Positions 1 to 11,770 of a stretch of 64,000 nt of DNA are shown here, one piece after another (position 1 is the stretch's first letter; each line of letters starts with the position of its first letter). The DNA is taken from NCBI GenBank assembly GCA_022813965.1, contig JALDZS010000053.1, positions 62,001 to 126,000 on the forward strand, read 5' to 3'. Origin of the DNA: Toensbergia leucococca. Lineage: Eukaryota. The translations under genes were made by a program, and so were the position numbers. The notes below the pieces were generated by a model. It was not told the origin of the DNA. It made no database searches and was given only the letters and a program-made list of their open reading frames with translations.

Positions 1-330
1 TCAGAAAATGGCAAGCTGGGTAGGTAGCAGGATAAGAAATAGAAACTCAAGATACTGCAGTAGTCTGTCGGCCTAGAATGATTACAAGGGCTCAGCTTGT
101 TGTTTTCTTCTGTTCCTAATCATTCACGGCTGTCTGTTTTCTCAGCCCCCTCACTATTAACACCATTCATCCTCTTCCCACAAGACGTTCAAAACACCCC
201 GGTGTCAACGAGTAACGTCGTCTACATTTAGGGATCACATCAATAATTTCTATCAGCATTCAGTCAGACAGGCTGATTGCAAATTTCAGCCTACTAGAAA
301 TAAAACGTCAAATTTACAGAAGAACATAAA

Positions 331-801
331 ATGCTGCAGTTTCGAGATGTTTTAGCCGCTTTCCCACATCTTCTTACTCGGATCGATCATTGTCTCTGCC
401 TATTTTCGGACGAGAACCTCAAATTCTTTAATCGGCGGACGTTGCTTCTTGCAATTCTCCCGCTCTTTGTCGACGCCTTAGATGTTGCCTTCACCCCGAT
501 TAGACCTGGCAACGAGGAGGATGACTTGGAGCATGTGTCGCCAACAATTTTACATGAGGTCCGGAATTGCATCCACTGCTTGTGGTTGCTCAACAAGGCT
601 CACAATGCCATCATTGCGGTAGAAGGCATCATTAGTACCCCAACGTTGGCCGGGAAATTGCAGACTGCATTGGACATGTGGTTGGAGGCCAACTTCATCG
701 GGTTTTTGGAGATGCCAATCTATCTTCTTGTGCACCAAGCAGTAATTGAAGTCATTAATTGGCGCGTTGGGCACAACTTCGCTCCACGGCGATTTCGATA
801 A
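331..801 (+). CDS. Possible hypothetical protein (156 aa)
   Basis: Uninterrupted ORF with an A-rich start context (cataaaATG). No recognisable domain and no convincing antisense gene. Confidence 0.3.
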   Translation: MLQFRDVLAAFPHLLTRIDHCLCLFSDENLKFFNRRTLLLAILPLFVDALDVAFTPIRPGNEEDDLEHVSPTILHEVRNCIHCLWLLNKAHNAIIAVEGIISTPTLAGKLQTALDMWLEANFIGFLEMPIYLLVHQAVIEVINWRVGHNFAPRRFR

Positions 802-1137
802 GACATCTGAGCTGATTGGCCTCCCCCTGGATGGTGCAGGCTTTCCCGCTGGTGCCGCAAATACCTTGTTCATTTGTGCGCAAGATCTGCAAGAAACCAG
901 CCGAATGAAGCAAGCATCGCTTTCCCCTGAATTCTTTCATTGGACAACGGCTGCGAGCTTCGCAATTAAGGTTTAGCTGGATCATACCTACCTTACCTTA
1001 ACCCCAGGTTCTTCCACCTTATCCGTGCCTTCACTTCAGCTTCATCAGCCTGGTCGCAGCAGCCACTCCAACGTCAACGTTTTCCATTCGCCTTCCTTCC
1101 TTCTGGCCATACTTCACTTTCTACTTCGTCGTTCAAC

Positions 1138-2167
1138 ATGTCTTCGTTCAATTTCAGTGACTACTCGGATTCACCTACTATCTTATTAGCACCACAGTCG
1201 CATCCATTCGATACATTACCACAAGCCTCATCTCCGCAATTGCGCGATCAAACTTCAACCAGAACTTGGAATTTCTCCTTTTGGACGCCTCCAGGCTCTA
1301 CTGCTACCATCATGACGAACCCTTCTAAAAAGCGCTCTCGCGACGAAGGTGAGATAATTCAGTCCCAAGTGCTCTCCTAGTGCTCCCCAACTTCACAAAA
1401 ATCACTTGATCTGGCAACAAACTCGCTATCGTTATCACTCTCATAATCTAGTTCCCACTAACCTTTTTTAAGACTCTGTGAAGTCGTCCTATTTTCCTCC
1501 GACACCCCCACCACGAACCAGTCCAGATCCCATCTATGGCGAAGGCATGACAACGATAAACCCCTCCAAGGGTCTTGCAATATCTGCCGAAAGCCAAACT
1601 GGAACTTGGTACGAGACGCGCCTCGAAGCTACAAGTTTAGCCGAGCGTTTGGCTAGCATTGAGGAACCCCAATCATCAACAGGAACATCAAATGGAGCAT
1701 CCCAGATTTATTCTCGAAAGAGTCAGCGCCTTGACAACAGCTCTCGGTCAATTGCGCCAATCTCGAGCCCTCTGACAAATTCCCTCCACACAGGGCCACA
1801 GGATTTAGCTATTGACCAATTTACACATCTGCTTGGGGTCGGGTGGGCAAGTGTCGGGGATGAGCCGGATACGCAAGCTGCTGCCAGAGGCTGCGCAAAG
1901 TACATCGAGAACCACTATCCGTTGGCAAAGTCAGAGATCCTCTCTAAGAGTAAAGGATTAGATGCATGCTTAGTGAAGACGAACCATGGGTTTTTCTTAT
2001 TCAAAGAGGATTTGAGCGAGGGTCGTCTTGTTGGATCTAGCTGGGAGGCATGCTTGGCTAATCTGCAGTGTTCACCACTTGTTTTTGAAAGCGAAGAGAC
2101 TCTCAAGGCTGTCAGGACTCCTGACTTGATCGGTGTTCAAGAAGAGGGAAAGATGGACATGGATTAG
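1138..2167 (+). CDS. Conserved fungal hypothetical protein, 2 exons
   Basis: Intron 1349-1472 (GTGAGA...CTAAC...AAG) joins ORFs 1138 and 1478 in frame. It contains ISAESQTGTW and LGVGW...AARG.AKYIENHYPL blocks typical of a Pezizomycotina uncharacterised family. Confidence 0.8.
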
Positions 2168-2832
2168 CGCTTTTATTTCATGGGCGGTCATGACTCATGA
2201 TATTGAAATCGATAATGGCGCAGGAGGGAGCAATTAACCCCAAGAAAGCTTTAGCTGTATTGCATGGATGAGAATGTCCGTGCGATGTCCTGCATGACGA
2301 CTTTAGATTGTGATTAATGATATTGCTGCATTGAAATCGCAGAAAAAAACCTTGCATGATAGCATGGCACCAACTCTTGGTGTAAAGAAGTGATTTATGT
2401 CCTCGATATCTCCGCTTCTTTGATTCTGAGGCTACAGAACTTTGGAAGCGCTTATCCCACACAATGAGGTACTAACTTAGTATAATCTACGAGCCAAGGA
2501 TCTCCTACTGTACTTGAGCGAGGTGTTCGACACATAGTAGATTCTGTTCAATGCCTCGAGAGTAGCCTGACGGACGGCACAAGACTTTATCATAGTCAGA
2601 GGAGGGCAAACTAGAGTCGGTTAGCTCAATATTCCCGGACTTTGAAATCGATAGAAATTATGCAATTAACTTTAGAGAATTCCGGTTCGTATTGGGATGC
2701 TGAGCTACTTCTGACATCATACATCGTCATGTCTGATAGCTAGGGTGCTAGGTAAGTGCGAGTACCTCCTCTAGGATAGGCTTTGTAGAATAGACCTTTT
2801 TTATCTTTCGAAATTGTTGCTCGTCAAAAATC

Positions 2833-3744
2833 ATGGCGCCGACTTCAATCTTCAAGCCAGGCAACACGGCCTTGATCACTGGTGCGGCATCAGGCATTGG
2901 TTTATCAGTGGCAAAATTATGTCGTCGTCACGGAATGAAGCTTGCGCTTGTCGACAACAATTCGGAAAATCTGACACATGCCAAAGCCTCCATTCATGAT
3001 GCAGATAATATAGAGACAGAGACATATCCTCTTGATGTTGGCAAAATTGAAGAATGGAAAGACCTACGAGGAGAGGTGGAAAAGAAATTCGGGAGAGTAG
3101 ATCTTCTCATGCTAAACGCGGGTATTGGGTTGAAGAGTTCGTGGGAGGATACGGATTACTTCCATAAAGTGAGCCTCTCATTTATGCCCCTACGTCTAAA
3201 ATGGAGCGTATGCCGCTCAAACTCCTGTCTTTTGTAGATCATGGACACTAATCTTTTCGGCGTCATCAACGGGATATCAACCATGCTTCCTCTCATCCGC
3301 TCTCAACCCCACCCCACCTCCATCATCATCACAGGCTCAAAGCAAGGTATCACTAATCCCCCTGGAAACCCTGCCTACAACGCTTCCAAAGCCGCTATCA
3401 AGTCCCTAGCCGAACATTTGAGCTATGATCTCCGTTCCACATCTACATCTGTTCATCTCCTTGTGCCTGGTTGGACTTTTACTGGCCTTACTGGAGGAGG
3501 TGGAATGAAGGAGAAGCCAGCTGGAGCTTGGGCACCCGAACAGGTCGCTGAGTATCTAGAGAAGAAAATGGCAGAAGGTGTGTTCTATGTAATATGTCCC
3601 GATAATGATGTCACTGTCGAGAAAGACCATAAGCGGATGTTGTGGAGTGTGGGGGATGTGGTGAACGAAAGACCGCCATTGAGTCGGTGGAGAGATGAAT
3701 ACAAAGCGGAAGCTGAGGAGTGGATGGCGAAGCAGAAAATTTGA
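2833..3744 (+). CDS. Short-chain dehydrogenase/reductase (SDR), 2 exons
   Basis: TGAASGIG Rossmann motif, LNAGI, and catalytic YNASK. Intron 3169-3237 (GT..TAG). Confidence 0.93.
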
Positions 3745-4149
3745 TAAAACGCAATACAGTACGTTAGATCAAGCCGGTAACACAGAGTTTGGCATCCCTT
3801 CCAAACTGCTTCATTGAGAACGTGTCAAGCTATGAGACGACTCTCTTCTGGAAATGTTAACGCTGAAAATGGAACTACTCATCGGACCACTAAATAAATA
3901 CCAGGTGAGTATAGCTTTTAGAGTCTCAGAAAGATTGAATCAAAAGGGCAGGTAAGTGTAAAAAGGTCAGTTAACTCAGACCGACATTTGCTTTTCTTTA
4001 CTGAACGTCAATGACATTAGGACTGGTGCAACTACAATTCTGTGATCCACAATTATCCGGCCTATAATAGCAGTCGATTCTCAGAACGTTGGTCTGCTAC
4101 ATCACCGCTAGCCATTGCCTTTTAACCTCTCTCCACGCTTTATTTCGTC

Positions 4150-5310
4150 TCACTTATCCTTCCTATTTCCTCCAAGTTTTGCCATCGCGCTATCTACACC
4201 ACTCCACTTCCTCAACAATCTCTGCACTCCCACAGGTAAAACTGACAACCAACCAATTTCTCTTGCATAAACCGGTGCCGAAATCAGCCCTCCCTCTCCT
4301 CTACTAATCATATCCATGATTTTTCCCGCCAGTTCCGCTACCTCCACTACCGGCCCAAAGAAGCTCCTTACACGCCCTAATCTTACATGCTCAAATAAGC
4401 TAGTATTCAATTGTCCTGGCGAAACGAGGATGGTTTTGATATTAGGGTGAGGAGCGAGTTCAGCAGTTAGGCAGGAATGGAAGGCTGTGAGGGCAGATTT
4501 GGTGGCCGCATAGGCACTTAGGTGCGAGGGGCCGAGATGGGCGAGAACGGAGGAAACAGTGATTAGGGTACCGCCTTGGGGCCTTGAGAGTAGTGGAGGA
4601 AGGAAGAGTGAAGTTAGGTGGTAATGCGAGAGGGTGTTTACGCGGAATGATCTATGCCATGTGAGTGGGGCCTTGAGGTCAGGATTTACGGCTTACTTCT
4701 CAACCTCTTCTGGCGTCAACTCCAGAAATGGTTTCCCATGCATGATGGCAGCGTTGTTGATCAATATAGTGGGAGTGCCGAGCTATACACATTCGCCCTC
4801 ATATCAGCACTGCAAGCTGAAATACAGAGAATTTCTACGTCTACGTAAAGATCTACCCACATCATCTACAATCTTCGCCCAAACCCTCTCCACTTGCCCC
4901 CTATCCCCAACATCGCACTCATAGAACCGCACCCCTTCCGCCCCATCGATCTTCTTCACGTCCATAACCGCCACAGTACCCCCCCGCATCCCATACACCT
5001 CCGCAATACACAACCCCAGCCCACTCGCGCCCCCTGTAATGACAATGACTTCTTCGCTGAGATCAATGGGGCGGGGGGGCCCATAGGCGATGTGGTTGTT
5101 GAGGCGGGCAAGAAAGGAGAGGAATGTAATTGAGAGGCAGTAAATAGTCGTTATGATGACAGAGGGGGCGGTATTGGGGGTCCCGATGGCGAGGAGGGAG
5201 AGGGGGAGGATGAAAGTTAGGAAGGGGGAGAGGAAGGTGAAGGAGAGGGTGTTGACGATTAGGTCGAGGGTGAGATGATCATACCAGGGTTTGGATGGGG
5301 GAGGTGGCAT
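4150..5310 (-). CDS. Membrane-anchored SDR (retinol dehydrogenase / Tda5-like), 3 exons
   Basis: N-terminal hydrophobic helices, TGGASGLG, YECDV, INNAA and YAATK motifs. Introns at ~4783-4860 and ~4652-4697. Confidence 0.9.
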
Positions 5311-5734
5311 GGTGAATTGGGAGAGTGAGTGTATGAGGGATGAATGTGGGATGGTGAGAGGAATGACAGTGGGAGAGTGGTTGAGAAGTTGCAGGTGGAC
5401 GGCAACCGGAGCATGTTTTTGCCGGCGGTTTCAACCATTTGATTCAAGGACCGAAATTACTATGTACAATTTGGATTTGGATTTTGATTCACTAAAAAGG
5501 TCATTCATAGGTAATCTTATTATCTTATTTCAACGTAATACCTTGAAATGTATTTCCGTCTTTCCCTACCTGTTGAGGTGTCTTGATTGATCGATGCAAG
5601 TGTTTCTGAAGCTTGTCTCATTCCGCATCCGTGGCTCTTTCTTTGTATGAGTCTTCATGCCCGGTCCTTTAAGAAAACACCTTTCTCATTTCTGTCCCTT
5701 TCATCTGTTATCCGTACTTTCATCCGCTGCAAAA

Positions 5735-7183
5735 ATGGCACAAGAATTTTCTGCTATCAACAGCAAGCAGCCACCGATAGTCGATTTCTATGACCCCGAT
5801 GTCGCAGCCCCAGATTCAAGGGGTCGGTACCTATCTACTATCCTCCATTGGGATAATGCACGTTTAGAATCCTGCCATAATTACATACAGATTCTCTTCC
5901 CAGTGCCAGAATACTCCATACATAATTCGGCAGCCCCGCTCCTTAATCGAGCAACCTTTGATGCATTCAGATCTCGACCGGAGCTTCGAAATCGTCTTGA
6001 AATCTCGTTCACTCGTATCCTCGCCTTCTTTGGTTTCAGAGTTGAAAGGAATGGGGGTTCTTTCATGGTGGTGCCTTCAGAAAACTTCGCAGAAAGATCA
6101 GCTACATGGGACAGGCCCAGCAATCATAACCATCTTCGAATGTCACGTATCATCCGCTCTCTCAGGATATTAGGTTTGGAGAGGGAAGCCGAGGCTTTCT
6201 ACCTTGCTCTTGGCAGGCTTGAGGCTGCTAAATCTAGGAGATTCAGTCAGAGTTCATTGAAGTTCTGGAATCGAGCGGCGCGGAACCCCTTGTATCTTTC
6301 GCCAGATCTCGGAACCGATATTGGTACTGGACAGGCATTCTTGTATGAATATGAGAATCGAGCCAAATCAAGTGAAACCATCCAAGGATATGAGACTGAA
6401 AGGCCGAGAAACAACGAGGGTAAAGGTGTGACTGATAAACAGGGAGAAGAAGTACCAAAAAATAGCGATGGGCATGAACGCAAACAAGTAACTGGTGAGG
6501 AGGGAAAGGATTCACCTAAGGTCAATGAAGGGAATGAAGGTAACAAAGCGACTGACGGAGAGGAAGAAGATATAGCAAAAGAAAATGAAGGGAACGACGG
6601 CATTCAACAAGAGGGCAACTCTGAGGCAGATGTCCCATTGTCTTTTACTCTTGATTCTCCGAATAGCAATGCCAAACGCCGTGGATCAGACATTGCAAAC
6701 GGTGCAAATAAAAGAGCTCCATCAGCCAAGTCAGACAAATCTGAGAAGAGTGAGCCGCACCCTACACAACAGTCTACGCTGCCTAGAACGACGAATCGTG
6801 AGAAGCAAAAGTCCTCAATCAAGTCCCAAAGTCCTGGCAAGAGTCGACCAAGCAAAGGAGGCGAACCGGCAGTATTGAGTGAAGAAGATGACGAAGCGAA
6901 GCGCAAATCATCCATTAAGTCCGACAAGTCTAGCAAGAATACATCGGTCAAAGATACTAAACCTGTTTTGCAGAAGGACCCCGTGAAAAAGATCTCGACG
7001 CCTCCCAGTCTCAAAGCTCAGAATACCGGGAAAGTCAAAAAGACTCAAACGCCTCGAACGCCCAGACCGCCTGTGACACCCAAAACACGTCGAGAATCTC
7101 GAGCCACACCGGAAGCCCCAACTACTCGTGAGAGGCACCCACGGAAAGCTAAGGAGAATGTTGAGTACAAGAAATATCTGTAG
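5735..7183 (+). CDS. Opioid growth factor receptor (OGFr) conserved-region protein with a long disordered C-terminal tail
   Basis: LESCHNYIQILFP and NHNHLRMSRIIRSLRILG are OGFr_N hallmark motifs. The likely start is MAQEF at 5735 (aaaaATGG), although the ORF is open from 5657. Confidence 0.85.
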   Translation: MAQEFSAINSKQPPIVDFYDPDVAAPDSRGRYLSTILHWDNARLESCHNYIQILFPVPEYSIHNSAAPLLNRATFDAFRSRPELRNRLEISFTRILAFFGFRVERNGGSFMVVPSENFAERSATWDRPSNHNHLRMSRIIRSLRILGLEREAEAFYLALGRLEAAKSRRFSQSSLKFWNRAARNPLYLSPDLGTDIGTGQAFLYEYENRAKSSETIQGYETERPRNNEGKGVTDKQGEEVPKNSDGHERKQVTGEEGKDSPKVNEGNEGNKATDGEEEDIAKENEGNDGIQQEGNSEADVPLSFTLDSPNSNAKRRGSDIANGANKRAPSAKSDKSEKSEPHPTQQSTLPRTTNREKQKSSIKSQSPGKSRPSKGGEPAVLSEEDDEAKRKSSIKSDKSSKNTSVKDTKPVLQKDPVKKISTPPSLKAQNTGKVKKTQTPRTPRPPVTPKTRRESRATPEAPTTRERHPRKAKENVEYKKYL

Positions 7184-7515
7184 CGAAAGTGAATCGGGTG
7201 TCAAATCTGGCTGTTTAATTAGAGAAGGGTGAAGCAGTACCAATTGCTTAGCATGCATTATTCTTACTTTTGATTGGTATCCTGGTAGTGACATTGATCT
7301 TGAAATTTTGGTAATCGAGTCAATCCGGTCATTTTTCCAACACAAACTGAGCACGGTATCCTTAGCCTGCGTATGTTTACCTTAGGGTTGTGTTGTATTA
7401 GCGTCAAAATATAATACGGGAAACGAAATGAACGACGTGTTTTTCGACCACACAAGTACACCTATTGGTCGGTACTTTCGCAATCAAACAACGATCATGA
7501 GCCGCTGATTTTTGC

Positions 7516-8307
7516 ATGTCTGTTGTCTCTCTTTTCCTCCGATGGCCCTCCAAGTTGAAAAGAAGAGCCCGTCGCTCAAGGATTGCGACAATGCTCACCG
7601 CGTTGAGTGTCATGTGTATTTTGATCGCCCCCCTCTACTGGACATATAAACCTCCTGCTTTTATCGTCCGTTATCTCCAGCGTCGGTGGCCAGATGTCCT
7701 TTGGCGTGTTCCGACGTCTTCGAAGATTATTGCACTCACGATTGATGATGGGCCATCCGAGTACACCAACGACATCATGCAGATCCTCAAATCCAACGAT
7801 GCGACTGCGACCTTTTTTACTATCGGATCGCAAATCGCTGGGTATGAAAAGACCTTACAAGGTTTAATTCGAAACGGAAATGAGCTGGGGAATCATGCGA
7901 TGCACGATGAGCCTTCGCGATCCTTGAGCGACGCCACTCTCATCGACCAGATCCAGTCCGTGGAAAACATGCTCCGCGAGGCATATGCTGCCGCTGACAC
8001 AACAGAGTCTCCCCCTAAATATTTTCGGCCTGGCTCGGGCTTCTTTAGCGGAAGGATGCGCAAGACATTGGAAAGATTGGGCTATCGGCTGGTCCTTGGT
8101 AGCATTTATCCGCACGATCCCCAAATTCCCTTTTGGCGAATCAATGCGAGCCACATACTGAGCATGTTGCGGCCCGGTGGGATTATCATCTGCCATGATA
8201 GGAGGAGCTGGACGGCTCCCATGCTACGAAAGGTACTCCCTGAGATGCGGCGTAGAGGTTATCGCATAGTCACCATCTCAGAGCTCTTGAGGGAAGTAAG
8301 GGTGTGA
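7516..8307 (+). CDS. Carbohydrate esterase family 4 (NodB-type polysaccharide/chitin deacetylase) with an N-terminal membrane anchor
   Basis: TIDDGP, GNHAMH, YFRPGSG and IIICHD motifs. Single exon. Confidence 0.92.
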   Translation: MSVVSLFLRWPSKLKRRARRSRIATMLTALSVMCILIAPLYWTYKPPAFIVRYLQRRWPDVLWRVPTSSKIIALTIDDGPSEYTNDIMQILKSNDATATFFTIGSQIAGYEKTLQGLIRNGNELGNHAMHDEPSRSLSDATLIDQIQSVENMLREAYAAADTTESPPKYFRPGSGFFSGRMRKTLERLGYRLVLGSIYPHDPQIPFWRINASHILSMLRPGGIIICHDRRSWTAPMLRKVLPEMRRRGYRIVTISELLREVRV

Positions 8308-8757
8308 AGTGTGAGCTCTTTCACATGCTCTTCTCTCCCCGAGACTGCGACAGGGCTATGACTGATCTCGTATCAAGGCAAGGTCATAGCATGAGATTGG
8401 CTAGCTCTACTTCTTGGTCAATTGATCTTAATGACTGACGGGATAATTGTTTTCGGATTGAAATCATTGGGAGAGCAATACTGAAGATTCTGAGCTCAAA
8501 GTTGGCAACCGCAGTGTTAAAACCATTGATTGCTTGAGAGTTCAAAAGCATGACGAAGATACGAAAAAGAAGATAACTATCTAATCAAATTACATGTAGA
8601 ACGAAATATGCAGAAGCAATCACCCTAATTGGGAGGGACGGTATCAAAGTCATGACTGCCGTCGAAAAGTGAGGAACAGAGTACTGAGATAGTCTTATTC
8701 GAAGGAGGGTAGGATTAGGGATGTAAACTTACCCGTACTTGATACGCACTATTCTAT

Positions 8758-9323
8758 GGCTCCTGATACATGGACGCGGTCGGGCGCAAAACCACCGAGG
8801 GAAATTTTATCATTTTGCACCACATTCTGCCTCGATTCCCTACCACCTTTGCAAGCCATTTACAAGCCATTTAGTTGTTCTATTTGCGTGCCATCTAGAA
8901 GCCAAATTATCTAGGAGAAAAACCATGCTTTTGTACCACATCCTGACTTGGTTCCCTCACCCCTGGGCGCACGATCACCCCCCGGACAATAAGGGCATCT
9001 ATTGTCGCGTGCTCTATGCCTAGTAGAGCCGTGGGGGGAGCAAGACTTATGACTGTGAGTGGAGGTGGAGGTGAGGGTTTGAGTTCATCGAGTGGGGGAA
9101 AATCGAAATCCATGGTGGAGAATTAGTTGAAAACGTGGTACGATATCAGGATGATTCCCTACTGCAGTGAAGGTGATAGATGGCATGCAAATGGTACAGG
9201 TAATTGGCTTGCGAAGTGATGGGGAATTGAGGCAGAATGTGGTGCAAAATGATAAAATTTCCCTCGGTGGTTTTGCGCCCGACCACTAGGGGGGGTGGGG
9301 GGGGCGTCCATGTATCAGGAGCC
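8758..9323. mobile_element. Non-autonomous long-TIR element (MITE-like), copy 1
   Basis: 8758-8777 is the reverse complement of 9304-9323. 8778-8833 is the exact reverse complement of 9229-9284 (56 bp). Imperfect pairing continues to ~8897/9177. TATTCTAT occurs at 8750-8757 and 9329-9336. No transposase ORF. Confidence 0.8.
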
Positions 9324-10193
9324 TAAGGTATTCTATTTGTGTATTAATACCCAAATTTACAAAACAAACAATGGTGAGACTTCCGTTGTTTAGCTAGTCT
9401 GGATTGGGCGCCTCGGGTGTTGACAAAAACCACCTCACTTACGGATTTCTTAGTTAGCTTACATATGACCTCTTCATGAGCTCAAAATGTGATTTCAGAA
9501 TGGTCACTAATCTTTTGTGGCACGTATTCTAGCTAAAAGATACGAAGTAAGCGTTCGACGATTAGCCATGCAAATCCAACAAGGAAAACATCGAACGTGG
9601 TCTGACCTTTTGGTTGGCCTTACCTACCCACCGAGTTTTAGATCTTACCTACCCACCACGCTCGGTTGGCTGGCCTCGACTGAAGTCTCGTGGCTTGCAA
9701 CACATCTTCGGTGAACAATCTCCAGAAGTCTTCATGTTCACAAAGGTGTGTCTGGTCCCCCGCTTTGAAATCCAAAGCTGGGTGCCTCGATCGTTCTGTG
9801 GTACGAGGGTACCTGATAATTTGAAGACATTGAGGATGCGCAATATCTCACTACATGCAATGGGCTCCCTAATGATCAACAGCATGTCAAATTATATTAC
9901 CCGTCTGTTGCTAAAGGATTTGATGGAAGTGCGTCGTTACCATCCACCCTCGACTGTCTTCTGTCCTATTTCCAACATGTTTAGAAACTATCGTCACATC
10001 TAACACATCTTGTTGGAGTTTGAAGATCCCAACATCGTGTCAAGTCTTTGCCACGTACCTTATGGTTGACTTTACTTGAATTACTACATTCGAGTGACTG
10101 CCCCTCATTTCCTCCGTACATTATAGAAGCAACCGTTTCCAAATAGCTTTTTCTATTCTGTTTCCTCATGAATGCGTCAACAGCCTATACAGC

Positions 10194-11199
10194 ATGAGGG
10201 CACGAGAATTTATCATTGCATTTGCTTCAGCTTCTCTTCTCCTCGTGCATGCCATCACAAGCCCTCAACATGAAGCAGGAAATTATTCCATCCTTGAACT
10301 TCGACAGGCGGGAACAAAGGGATCCAAGTATTTCTTCGAAGCCGCCGGATATGACCACTATGATAGAGACCACTTTCATGGAGATCTAGTCTACGAGGAG
10401 AAAAGAGCAGCAGGAAAGTTGCTGATACGGGCATATCTTGAGACTTTCAAAAGGTTAGGGTTGGAGACATGGCTAGCACATGGAACCTTGCTGGGATGGT
10501 GGTTCAACGGTAAGGTTTGTTAGCCAATATCAAGCCACCAGACCGAATTAGAAAGGGCTTCTTATTGACCAGCTCACATCTCTTGTAGATGTTACCATGG
10601 GACGATGATGGAGACACTCAAGTATCAATATCCACTCTCAAATATATGGCCGAGCATCTTAACCGCACAACCCATCGATATAAATTCGCAGACCCCCCAC
10701 TCGAGCTCGAGTACCTCCTCGACGTTAATCCCAACTGGGACGAACGTCGTAGGGGCAACGGCCAGAACAATATCGACGCACGCTGGATTGACGTCCGGAA
10801 TGGCATGTTTATCGACATCACCAGCTTAGCAGAGCTTGAGCCGGAAACATACCCAGGGATCTGGTTCTGCAAAAATAGGAACCCCTTCCACACCAAGGAT
10901 TTGTTTCCGATGCGAAGGACTGTTTTTGAGGGCGTCACGGCGAGTATTCCACACGCATACGAATCTATTCTGAGAAATAAATACGGTCAAGGAGCGCTTG
11001 ATCAAACCTCTTATCAAGGGTATGTATCTTCTCCTCTTTCCTCCAACTTCATCTTTGTGATCCTTGGCGCTGGTGGCAAATCTATCAATAGTCGCTGATA
11101 AGTCTTAGTCATTCCTGGGACCCCGAAACCAAAGAATTCGTCCTCGACCGCAAGAAGGCTAGGAAGCGTCGTCAGAGATCGCCCTTGCGTACCACGTAG
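10194..11199 (+). CDS. LicD-family phosphotransferase (Mnn4/fukutin-related, mannosylphosphorylation-type), 3 exons
   Basis: Signal peptide, HYD, TWLAHGTLLGWWFNG, LPWDDDGD, and NIDARWIDVRNGMFIDIT motifs. Introns 10515-10588 and 11020-11108; the last exon reads GHSWDPETK...TT*. Confidence 0.92.
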
Positions 11200-11770
11200 C
11201 TCGCTCCCTCAAGTGCCGAATCAGTTGATACCGCTGTACATACACATGCATGTCTCAGCTGTTGGGAGATCATATGGCAAGTACCATTCATTCAATCAAC
11301 GAGAAAAATTGCTCTCAAACAGTACAAGTAGAAGCAAGAACACTATATCCTTCAGTATACCGCATTATTTGGTATATAAGACAGTACCTGTTTATTAGAT
11401 AGCACTTTCACACAAGGGAGGGTTCTAACCGATATTTTTGCGACTGAGGGACTTCTTGTTTATAAGGTAGTAACGGATAGAATATCTTTATTTCACCTCA
11501 TTCTTCCCTTTTTTTACCTCATTGTTGCTATCTATGAGCTCTCACAGGGACCTTTGACCTTTTGAAAGATGTATAAAGTGAAGTTGTCAAGGTGTGAATA
11601 GATAAATAATGAGGGTGAAATGAATAGAATGTATGGACTTTTTTCATGATTATCCCTGACACACCTTCTGATAGTACTTATTATAAGATAAGTATCGTCT
11701 TATAAAGGAGAGATTCTAATCGACTATGAGACAACGAATCCGCCTATAACATCACTGTCTTACACAGAAA

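Noticed and set aside
9517..10003. Overlapping ORFs between the first TIR element and LicD
   Set aside because: Non-ATG starts and no recognisable motifs or transposase signature.
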